From contig OZ360238.1 of NCBI GenBank assembly GCA_977017645.1, forward strand, positions 59,830,001 to 59,894,000: a stretch of DNA of 64,000 nucleotides. The letters run 5' to 3'. How positions within the stretch are numbered: position 1 is the first letter of the stretch; each line of letters opens with the position of its first letter. The stretch comes from Torpedo marmorata (lineage: Eukaryota). The notes under the pieces were generated by a model. It was given only the letters and a program-made list of their open reading frames with translations, had not been told where the DNA came from and searched no databases. This document shows positions 39,435 through 50,464 of the stretch, piece after piece. The translations under genes were made by a program, and so were the position numbers.

Positions 39435-39692
39435 TTAAAAATTTAAATTAAATTTAGACATACAGCATGGCAACAGGCCCTTTTGGCCCACGAGCCCATG
39501 TCGCCCAATACACCAAATTAACCTGCAACCCCGGTACGTTTTGAAGGGTGGGAGGAAACCAGAGCACCCGGAGGAAACCCACACAGACACAGGGAGAATG
39601 TACAAACTCCTTACAGAAAGTGCTGGATTCAAACCCGGGTCGCTGCCACTGTAACAGCTTTGCGCTAACCGCTACGCTAACCGTGCCGCCCT
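39435..39692 (-). mobile_element. V-SINE, full length
   Basis: Reverse complement of the 31909 family. Confidence 0.92.
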
Positions 39693-40122
39693 AGATGTTA
39701 ATTGCTGCCAATGTGCAAATTGTTACATCAAACCCTGATCAAATGTGTTACATAATAAAGGTAGGAACAATTAAAATAGAATCAAAAAATTCCCTTCATC
39801 TGAGTTTTAATCCATATATTTCTGATTGTTGGAAGGTCTGTTGACATCAAACACTTTTCCAATAACAGTCACGTTGAGGGCTTACACATAACAAAAGGAG
39901 ATCACAAAAAAGTTCTTCCACTCTAATTCTTTACTTAATTTTCAATATGTTTGTACTCTTTCAATAACAAGTATAATCAATAGCTTTACAGGGTCAGAAT
40001 GAACCACACATCGCATTTCTTATTTAAATTAACGCTCACGAGGAAGCAATATTAAGTAATGATTCCTCATTCACCATCTGCAACTCAATGCTGGATCCAA
40101 TAAGAGTCAAATAACTACATAC

Positions 40123-40242
40123 CATTTGCTCCATTTCTTTCCAGGAATTCTCCAGGACAGCCATCGGTCCAAACCACCAGTCACTCTGTTTTGCAGAACG
40201 TTTCCCTTGAAACCAGAATTGCCGCAACCATTCAAACTCCAC
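40123..40242 (-). CDS. FTO: FTO coding exon (equivalent to human exon 7)
   Basis: 120 bp between ttcttgctgcAG and GTatgt. Translates [40 protein letters not shown]; the [13 protein letters not shown] signature of FTO continues in frame from ...IHNE of the previous exon. Confidence 0.97.
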
Positions 40243-40410
40243 CTGCAGCAAGAAAACATTGTTCCACTTCAAACAGCAAATCTCTAACCATAACAAATTT
40301 ATTGTGTAAAGACAGCACTCCTTTCGTAGAGTTGAATATTTCACATCAGCACTGACTTGTTAAATACCTCCCTCATTATTCTTAATCACATGCATCTCAA
40401 TGATCTAAAT

Positions 40411-40650
40411 CAGCCATTCTCAACAAGGGCCCTAATGCCCCCCTAGGGGCCACAGCACATTTAAGTAAAAGCCATGTATTCTTTTCACCTCACGTAACAT
40501 AAATATTTTTTATGTTTTTTTATGTAGTCGGTAGGAGAGAAGTACAGAAGAAACCAACTAAACGACTACTTCACAGAGAAGGGGGCCCATGAACTTTGAG
40601 CAGAATCCTGGGGGGGGGGGCATAGCCAAAAAAAAGGTTGAGAATGGCTG
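40411..40650. mobile_element. hAT (Charlie-like) MITE, 240 bp
   Basis: 14-bp TIR CAGCCATTCTCAAC; 8-bp TSD atctaaat/ctctaaat. Confidence 0.88.
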
Positions 40651-43037
40651 CTCTAAATAACCGTATTAACTACAAGCGGCAACACTGGAGATCAGAAATA
40701 AAGCATAATCAAGTCCACCAGTATTCACCAGGCTCTGTGCCCAAAGATTATAATTCATATTCATGATTACTGCTATGCATTTCCACGTCATTCTGCTTTT
40801 AATTTAAGATCTTAAAACAGCAGTCAAAATCTACAAAGATCTACTCATATGGATGAGTTATCTCCTAAATTTGATTGTGTGAAAATCTTGGCAGTATGAG
40901 CAAGTAACACATCCAATATTTTGTTGGGAAAGATTATCAAGAGGTATTGTTTAAAAATATTTCAGCGGAGTTGAGGTGTAAATCAAACAGGATCAAATTG
41001 AATGGGAGAACAAGGCTGAGGAGATGAATGATGGCTCCTCTTTCTATCCTCCACACTACTTGTAAAGGTTGCAGTTTTATTAATAGTTGTCATTTTGTCC
41101 TAAATAACGTATTATTCATGCTAAATGTCAACAAATACAAATGATCCAGCCATTTTGTACTGTCTTTCCTGCATTTTTAATTGTGCACTAAGAATGTGAA
41201 ATCAGAAAATTACATCTTCATTCTGCAAAATACTGCAGATACTTGAAATCTGAAATGAAATAGGCAATGTTGGAAATATGCAGCAGATCAGACAGAATCG
41301 GTAGATGGTGAAACGGATGGCGTTTCAGGTTAATCACAATTGATAAAAGGTCATCAAACTGAAATATTAATTCTGTTTCTGCCCCCCAAAAATGCTGCAG
41401 ATTTCTAGCAACTTTAGTTTCTTTTCTGCTACTAATGATCATATTAACTAGTACAATCGCACATACAACAGGATGCAACAATGAGTACATTCCATAAAAT
41501 ATTGACAACTATGCTCCTGTTTAGTGAAATTAAGAGAGGATGAAAGTTTGCAAATCCAAATTTTCCTTATACTTGATTGACAAAATTGCTGCCTTTGTGG
41601 ATATGAATCATGTTGCCCTATTTTTTAAATTTAATTTGCATTATGGTAAAGACATAACCTCCTCGATATCTCCCAATGCTCAGAACTTTGTTGTTATAAC
41701 AACAAATAATAATCAGGATTTAAACAAAGGCCAAGTCTTGGTCTAGCTCAGAGGTCAGCTATCCTATCACATAGCATCATGGAGTTAACCTTAAACTCCA
41801 GTGACTGGAAAATAAATGCTAACAGGGCTTTGGGAAATAGAGCAGAAATGAAGAGCCATATGACAACAAAGCAATCAGAGCTCTATATTAATTCTGAATA
41901 ATGAAATATTACTGCACTCAGAAATCTTGCTTTAAAATCATGTGTTAAATAAAGAACAGGGATCCGTGGATACTCAGCTCTACCTGTTGCAGAAGCACAT
42001 CGCATCATTACTGACGTGACTTTCCATTGAGCCAGATCATGCTGATGACTTGCCGATGGATACAAAGGCATAGATCATTTCATGTTCAATGCAGGCATAT
42101 AATTTCAAAGGAATTGAACCAGAAAAAGAATGTAGATATGTCATTAGCTATTTTTATAGGTTATCTTAGGGAAACCCGACAGATTTCTGGTGAGACTGAG
42201 TACAGTAATGAGCTAAGTTAAGGAAGAATATAGTTAAGCAGGAAAGTATGCAGATGCTGGAGTTGAACGCAATACCCAAAAGGAAGAATAAACTTGTTTT
42301 ATAACTAAAGCAACAAAGATTCTCCAGGTTTGAATCCCAAATCAAGGGAGTTCTCCTATGAAAAAAATTGAGCAAAATGGATCTCTGTTCTGGATGAATA
42401 GACACAATCTTATTGAAATATTCAGGAGTGAGTGGTTAAAATTGAACTGTTATTAAATGTCTTTCATCTAGCAATTCTAAGGGGCTTACAGTTTGCTGCT
42501 GTTAGGATTTTCCTCTGGCGAAGGAATCCAGCAGTGGATGGTGTTGTCTCAGGGTACATGGCCAACCCCTGGAGACTGAGATGAGGAGGAACTTTTATCA
42601 GACTAATGAACCTTTTGAATGCTCTTTCCAATGAGCTGTGGATATCGAGTCATCATGTATGCTCAAGGCTGAGAGGAAATTAGGATTGTGGGGACTGACC
42701 AGGAAAAATGGTGCTGTGCACCATGGTCAGAACAGTCACCATCTTGCTGGAGGAGGCTGAAGGAGCCACATGGTCAATTCCTGCTACTATATTCTTATTA
42801 TACATACTAGTAGGCTAGTTTTGGAAAAAAAATAACATTGCATCTCTGAATGCTTGACATCGCACATAGCCTTCCTTTCCCCCAAGTAGCCAAAAAATGC
42901 TTTTTTCCATTTCGCTACAAAAAGATATAGTGTCATGAACACTTTACTTTTAAATGAGGTGTATTGAAGTATATTTTTATATTAAAGTATATCTTTGTTC
43001 TACCAGAATTGTGTCAAGATCCTATTGTTTCATCATA

Positions 43038-43638
43038 CAGGTACAGTACCCCTTATCCGATAACCCGAAAACCGAAAAGACCCAAAATCCGAAACTTTTT
43101 TGAGCGCCAACATGACGTCACACCTGACCTCATGTGCCCATGTGGGGCTCTGACACTCTGTTGGCGCCCATAGACGACATGGTGAAAATGTGTGATGAAC
43201 TTATTGAAGNNNNNNNNNNNNNNNNNNNNNNNNNNNNNNNNNNNNNNNNNNNNNNNNNNNNNNNNNNNNNNNNNNNNNNNNNNNNNNNNNNNNNNNNNNN
43301 NNNNNNNNNNNNNNNNNNNNNNNNNNNNNNNNNNNNNNNNNNGCAGAATTTCTAGTATTTGGTGCTGCATTTATCTTCTTTTGTAAGCAGAGATCAAGTT
43401 TTGTTTTTGGTAAGTACAAGCATTATTTTCATGTGAATTTTCCACTTGTGGCATCATGTCGGTGTTCAAAAAGCCTGCCGTTGTTTGTTGTTGCTTTTTA
43501 ACAGCTGATACAGGTATTCTGCTGATGCTACTGTGCTGCTTAGCAATGTGTGCTTACACATTGTTCCAAAATCCGAAAAAATCCGAAATCCGAAACACTT
43601 CTGGTCCCAGGCATTTCGGATACGGGGTACTGTACCTG
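43038..43638 (+). mobile_element. Tigger4/MER46-like MITE (contains assembly gap 43210-43342)
   Basis: TA|CAGGTACAGTACCCC(T/G)TATCCGA TIRs|TA; internal PIDDMVKMCDELIE remnant; shares segments with 26884-28007. Confidence 0.88.
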
Positions 43639-44238
43639 TAATACATAATTATTGTCAACAACCCTGTTGTAAATGAACTGCTCCATAAGTAATGGCGCGA
43701 TCATGTTCAATCTAGCACATGCCTCACTCAACTTCTGCGACTCCATGGGACGAATCAAACTATACCTCCTCCTGCCATGGCCACCTCAAAGTGGTGAGTG
43801 GCTTTTTGGCATCAGGTAGCAGATACTAAGACCCTGATTTATTAAATACATGGAAAAATGGTTTGAAAAATATTTAAATAATTTTACATATCAAATTTAA
43901 AAACAATACATTTATTTTGAAAGAAAATATTAAATAATTTAAATGCATTCATGTTCCATAAAAAGTTGGGAAAAAACTAACTTGCCTTTCCAATCCATAT
44001 CAGCTGCCTCATTCAAATAAATAAGTGCTACATTAGCCTCTTGTATCTGGCGAAAAGACGAGGAGCCTGATATAAAGTGTATCCATTCTCTCAACTTAGG
44101 TTGATGAAGCTCCCCCGACAGCCTCAGAATCAGTGCTGAGTTCAGCAGAGGACTGGGAGCTGTGCTGGGTTCTAATCTCCAGCTCTTTCGAAAATTGCAT
44201 TGAGCAATGTCTATAACTGGATGTCAGGAACATGCAAT

Positions 44239-44279
44239 CATACCTTGATGAAGGGCTCAAGCCCGAAACGTTGGTTATG
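44239..44279 (+). ncRNA. Minimal type I hammerhead ribozyme-like motif
   Basis: catacc-TTGATGA-A-GGGC(TCAA)GCCC-GAAAC-GTT-ggttatg: core boxes, stem II hairpin, palindromic minimal stem III, stem I catacc/ggt(t)atg. C3 is replaced by U. Confidence 0.65.
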
Positions 44280-44371
44280 TATCTTTAGCTTTGCTAATAG
44301 AAAGTACACTGTTTGACCTGCTGAGTTTCTCCAGCATTGTGTTTTTACTTCAACCACAGTGCCCGCAGACT
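44239..44371 (+). mobile_element. 133-bp Penelope-derived insertion beginning with a hammerhead motif
   Basis: 15-bp TSD tcaggaacatgcaat (44224-44238, 44372-44386). Confidence 0.85.
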
Positions 44372-45591
44372 TCAGGAACATGCAATGTTTCTCAAGGGAA
44401 CCACTGGGTGCAGTTTATTACAATCCAGCTAATAAGTATCTGATTTGTTTGGGATTACAGATGAGATCAACTAATGTCCACTCCCTTTTATAGCCTGCAT
44501 TCAAATTCAAGCTTGACAGTTGGGAATGAAAATGTCTTCCTTGCTGATTGTAAGATTCCTATCTGAAATTAGATCATTCCAGAAATGTCCCAACTCCAGT
44601 GTAGTCATGTCGCACATTTTAACTCTTTGGAACTCAGGTAATAATGATTTCCATTATGCCTTAATGCTTTTCTTTTTTGATAACCTCATTTGTCCCCATT
44701 CTGCATAGCCACGCTGAGCAATGAGATTGTGGCTTATCGAGACATTTTTACACATAACAAGTCGGTGATAAACATGCAAAGAGGTCTATTGGCCCACTGG
44801 GTCCAAACCCATCAGCCTTTTACACCAATCCCATTTCATTCTCCCCACATTCTCATCAACTCCCGGCAGATTACTCCATTTACCTCTACACTTGAGGCAA
44901 TTTACAGTGGCTACTTTGCCTACCAACTTAACCTCTTCCTCACCAACACACAAAATGAAAGCAGCATTGAGCGGTGCTAATCAGGAGATCAATGTTATAC
45001 CTAATTCCGACTGAATGCTTACCTGCAGAAGTAACACTGCAATTTCAGAAGACTAGGTGAGAAGAAAATGTTAATACTGATGTAAGATGGATATACTACT
45101 GAAGTTTCAACTGGAGGTTAAATACATTTTATTTGGGTTACTTTACCAGGCAAGAATGATTGATGCCTTCACTTGTGCCTGAAATACCTTCTAGCAATGT
45201 CAATAATTCATCCCAAAACCTGCCTGTTCCAAATATATACAAATCCCTGCACAAGTTATCCAGACTATGCTGCCTGATAACTTGCAATTGCCTTCAGAAC
45301 CAGTGGTTATCAGCCACTCACTGAGATTTACTGGAGGTCAGTGCCAGTGAAACCACAGTCCACTCCTCTGCAGGACTTGCCAATGACCCCAGCTACAAAG
45401 CTCTGATGTGATGAAGAGAAACCTGGATGCATTTTGAACCTGGCAGTCAACTGTATGGCAGGAAGAGTGAGAATGGGAATGGTGACTCCATTTTTTTGAA
45501 TGGGGTCACTCACTTTGTAAGTGGCTCAGCAGTGCAGCAGTTAGTGCGACTGCCTTATAGCTCTGGCAACTGGGGCTCAATCATGGTCTTG

Positions 45592-46510
45592 TTCAAAGTT
45601 CAGATTTATTGTCAGAGTACATACGTACATGACATCACACACAACCCTAAGTTTTGCAATTCATAACTGTGAGCTCTAACAAGTTATATAGAGTTATATA
45701 TTTGCAGATATATTAGCATCCAGTCCTGATATTTGTAATTCACCATTCCACACAAACACAGCGAGCAGGCAACTTTTTGAAAACTGTTCCAAGTTCAAAA
45801 TTCAGATTTATTGTCAGAGTACATACATGTCATCACATACAACCCTGAGATTTATTTTCCTGCGGGCCAGACAGAATGTCGACTTATCGATCATGCAAAA
45901 AACTGTACTCAAGAAATGATGCGTATACAAAAGAGAGAAATGTAAACAGACTGTGCAATACAGAAAATAAATATTCAATAATAAATAATGTGCAAAGTAA
46001 GAGTCCTTAAATGAGTCTCTGATTGAGTTTGGTATTTAGGAGTCTGATGGTGGAGGAGTAGCAACTGTTCCTGAACCTGGTGGTGCGAGTCTTGTGGCAC
46101 CTATATGTCTTTCCTGATGGCAGCAGCAAGAACAGAGCATGTCCTGGGTGGTGTGGATCCTTGACGATTGCTGCTGCTCTCCGACGGCAGCGTTCCATGT
46201 AGATTTTCTCGATGGTGGGGAGAGTTTTGCCTGTGATGTCCTGGGCTGTGTCCACTCCTTTTGCAGGGCTTTCTGCTCAGAGGTATTGGTGCTCCCATAC
46301 CAGGCTGTGATGCAGCCAGTCAGCACACTTTCCACTACACATTTGTAGAAGTTTGCCAAGGTTTTCGAGGTCAACCCAAATTTTCGCAAACTCCTGAGAA
46401 AGTAGACGCGCTGACGTGCTTTCTTCACGATGACATTCATGTGTTGGGTCCAGGAAAGGTCCTTTGAAATAGTGACTCCCAGGAATTTAAATTTGCTCAC
46501 CCTCTCCACC
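45592..46510 (-). mobile_element. Rex1/Babar LINE 3' fragment with a second tail and ~140 bp intervening sequence, inserted in an old V-SINE
   Basis: ORF2 remnant FKFLGVTISKDLSW...; tails at ~45793 and ~45592; SINE halves at 45520-45591 and 46511-46630; tcttg duplication. Confidence 0.82.
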
Positions 46511-47619
46511 TCTTGGGTGCTGCTGTGTGGAGATATCATGTACGCCTATGACTGGGTTTCCCCTGGATGCCCTTCTTTCTTTGCACATTCCAAAGATGCC
46601 CTGGTAGGTTAACTGGGCACTGTAAATGGAAGTAAATTTGAAGTGGAGCTTATGAGAAATAAGATGGGAAGTGCAGTCGACAGGATTGCTCTGCTGGGAG
46701 ATGGCATGTTACATCAAAGTGTCTCTTCCTCCGTAGAAAAATGAGAAAAGGAAGTATAGTTAAGTTCTTTTCTTATTTTAATTTAGCTACTTTAAATTAT
46801 CTTCAAGCATTTTATTGTACCTGTGATTACTTATTTTTAAATCATTTACATCTTTTTGAAAAGCTTTAAAAAAATGTCCCTATCAGAGAGATTTAGCGGT
46901 AGTTGAAAAGCCTTTGCCAGCTGGTGATCTGTCAAAGGCTCTGAGGAAATTCAGCAGACAGCACGTCAGGATATGATGCTAAAGAGCCACTCACCACTTG
47001 GAGCCCTCTCACTTCACCAGAAGCCTGTCAGATATAGAGGGTTAGCTTGCTCAGCTATGCAGGAAAAGTAAGCGCAGATGGTCAGTGAGTCCAGTATGTT
47101 TGTGCATTAGAAACAATAGGTAAATATCCAACACAGCTCTTGCATAGGTAGACAAGCAATTCCACAGAATTTAAAATCCATTAAGTAAAATCGAACATAA
47201 AGATCGCTGCACTCATTGCATCATTAAAATCACCGTTTCAAACCTTCCCACAAATAGCCCAGTGCTACTCTCAAATATACATAGATTTCAAACAATCTTA
47301 CCTCAGAGCTTCATTAGCCCAAGCCAGATTGTACTGTTTCTTCATTCATTGTGATTATAGATGTATTGGGATATTTTTAGTGCAATTTAGCAATGCAGTA
47401 GTGCTTTGTCCAAAGAGACATCAAGACAAAATTAGTGACATATACAAAGTACAGCAATGCATTTAAGCTAAATGGAAATGCACTTCAATGTTTTGCTTAT
47501 ATTTTCCTTTAGTAAAGCATTCCCACTAAATTCAAACAGAAATTCTGACTGAAAATAGTTCCCATTACAGTTACTAATGCAAGTTCATGATGTACCATGA
47601 ATCACTGCATACACAGTCA

Positions 47620-48325
47620 TACAGCAATAAAACAAGCTCTTTAACCTACCCAGTCCATCTCAACCTTTTTTCCCCGTACTCTAATACCATTTGCTGCAAT
47701 AGATCTGTATCCTTCCATGTATGGCCTATATATGCGTCTGTCTAAATGCCTCTTAAACACAGTAACTTCAGCTGATTTCACTACCTCCTCTGGCAGTGTT
47801 CCAGATATCAATGACTCCCTGTGTAAAAACATACCCTGCAGACCCCCTTTAAGGATTCTTCCTCTTACCTTAAACCTATGCCCTCTTGTTTTTGATACCC
47901 TTTTCCACAAGAAAAATATTTTGCCTAACTATCCTATCTATGCCTCTCATAATCTTATACACTTCTACCAGGTCATCTCACAGCCTCCTTCATTCCAGGT
48001 GGACAAGCCTATCTCATCCCAGTTCTCATGTCATGGCAACATCCTGAAGAATCTCCTTTGCAATCTATTCTCCTCAGTCGCATCCCTCTTATAGTATGGC
48101 AACCAGAATAGAACATGATGTGCCAGGTGCACCCTGACCAGTGTTCTGTGAAGTTGCAACGTAATGTCCCAACTCTTGTATTCTAATCATTGAAACATGA
48201 AGGCAAGCATCCCATATGCCTCTTTCAGCACCCTATTTCTGCTGCCATTTACAGGGATCTATGGATTTAGACCTCCAGGTCTCTCTATTCATCACTATTT
48301 CTGAGTACACGACCATTTGCTGTAT
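47620..48325 (-). mobile_element. Decayed CR1 LINE (continues at ~49230-49800)
   Basis: KTRGHRFKVRG...FKRHLDR motif on the minus strand. Confidence 0.8.
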
Positions 48326-48334
48326 ATGCCCTCA

Positions 48335-49227
48335 TCGAGGGCTCAGTGGTGGAGAGGGTCAAGAACTTCAAATTCCTGGGTGTCATCATCTCCGAGGATC
48401 TGCCCTGGAGCCTCCATGTCAATGCAATCACGAAGAAAGCTCGCCAGCGGCTGTACTTTGTGAGGTGTTTAAGGAGATTCGGTACGTCACCGAATATTCT
48501 CAAAAACTTCTACAGGTGTACCGTGGAGAGCATTCTGGCTGGTTGCATTACTGTCTGGTATGGAGGTGCCAACGATCAGGACAAGAAAAAACTCCAGAGG
48601 GTTGTTAACTCAGCCTGCGACATCACGGGCACCAGTCTTCACTCCATCGAGGACATCGGTGCTTTAAGAAAGCAGCCTCTATCCTCAAGGACCCCCACCA
48701 CCCAGGCCATGCCCTCTTCACTCAGCTACCATCAGGAAAAAGGTACAGGAGCCTAAAGACGAGCACTCAGCGTCACAAGGACAGCTTTTTCCCCGCTGCC
48801 ATCAGATTCCTGAATGATCAATGAACCAAAGACACTGTAAAAACACAAATGCTGGAGAAGCTCAGCGGGTGAAACAGTGTCCTTTATGTAGCAAAGGTAG
48901 AAATACATAACCGACGTTTTGGGCTTGAGCGTGATGAAGGGCTCAAGCCCGAAATGTCGGTTATGTATTTCTACATTTGCTACATAAAGGACACTATTTG
49001 ACCTGTTGAGCTTCTCCAGCATTTGTGTTTTTGCTTCAACCACGGTGTCTACAGATTTTCGTGGCTTACTTTTGAACCAAAGACACTGCCTTACTTTGAC
49101 TTTTCGTGCACTATTTTTATTTATTTTTTTGTAAGGTGGTTTATATAAATGTCTGCACTGTGATGCTGCCACAAAACAACAAATTTTGTGACTTGTTCAT
49201 GACAATAAATTCGGATTCTGATTCTGA
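48335..49227 (+). mobile_element. Rex1/Babar LINE 3' fragment
   Basis: ORF 48346-48756 VERVKNFKFLGVIISEDL...; attctgattctga tail. Confidence 0.9.
48838..49072. mobile_element. Fold-back Penelope derivative
   Basis: About 90-bp inverted arms meeting at the hammerhead stem II; 16-bp TSD tgaaccaaagacactg (48822-48837, 49073-49088). Confidence 0.88.
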
Positions 49228-49313
49228 CCCACACTTGGCTTCCTAAAATGCATCACCTCACACTTGTCAGGATTAAATTCAGTCTGCCAATGCTCTGCCC
49301 AACTTTTCATCTG

Positions 49314-49484
49314 TAAAAACACACAAAAATGCTGGAGGAACTCAGCCTTCTTCAGAAGGGCTCAGGTCCAAAACGTCAGTAATATATCTTTACCTCCTAT
49401 GGACGCTGCGAGACCGGCTATGTTCCACCAGCATTTCTGTGTGTTTTTACTACAATCCCTGCGTCTGCAGACTTTCATGTTTCA
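49314..49484 (+). mobile_element. Short fold-back Penelope derivative
   Basis: 14-bp TSD caacttttcatctg (49300-49313, 49485-49498). Confidence 0.82.
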
Positions 49485-50464
49485 CAACTTTTCATCTGAC
49501 CCTAGTCCTGCTGTTGTCTTAATCTTCCACACAACCACTTTTTTTGTCATCAAAACCTCTGAATAATACCTCCGACATTCACATCCAAGATGTTATTATA
49601 TAGCATAAACAGTGGAGATATCTGCACCTATCCCTGCCATGCACCACTATCCAAAGACCCAATCAGAAAAGCATCCTTCCACTACCATCCTCTGAATCCT
49701 ATAACCAAGCCAATTTTTGGATCCTATCAGCCAGCTTGCCTCAGATCCATATGCCTTGACCTCTGGACCAGCCTACCATGCGATAACTTATCAAAATACC
49801 TTATTAAGTAAAATGTCTGATGTATTTTTATAGTGGTAGACTGTGAGAAGTGATGCCACATTTAGTTGCATTTGTACGAGTTTCATTTCCAAATGCTTGT
49901 CCCCAGATCTTTGGATAAATTCTTTACCAGATTCAAACACAATCCAATGAAAATACTTATAGGGATACATCAGTTGGAAGAACAGTATATGCTAGCACGT
50001 GGCAAGGAATTTCAGGATCCAGAAGGAGTTTAACAACACAGCTACACAAAATATGCAATTGCCAGTAAGGCTTACAGTCAATTGTCGAAGATTACAAGAA
50101 CACTGGTTTATTTATTTCAAGAATAAATGGAGCTGTACACCTGGACAAATCCAAGGTTTGCACCTTGGAAATAATTTTATACATGTGGTCTGGTGGCTTC
50201 AGGCCATGAGGTTATAGGGGAAAAATGGAAACTAAGTTGGATTTACAATGTTTCCACAACAAGTGTGGATTTCATACATTTAGTTAATGAAATTACTATT
50301 TCCCAATTATTAAAAACCACATGACATGGACTTCTGAATTAGACATGTTAATTCTGTGGTGTAAATGATGTTCATACCAATGGAAACTGAAACAAGCAAG
50401 TTTTTTATACCTGGATCTGTCACAATATGCATTAAAATATCAAAGTAAATTAATTTCTCTAAAT

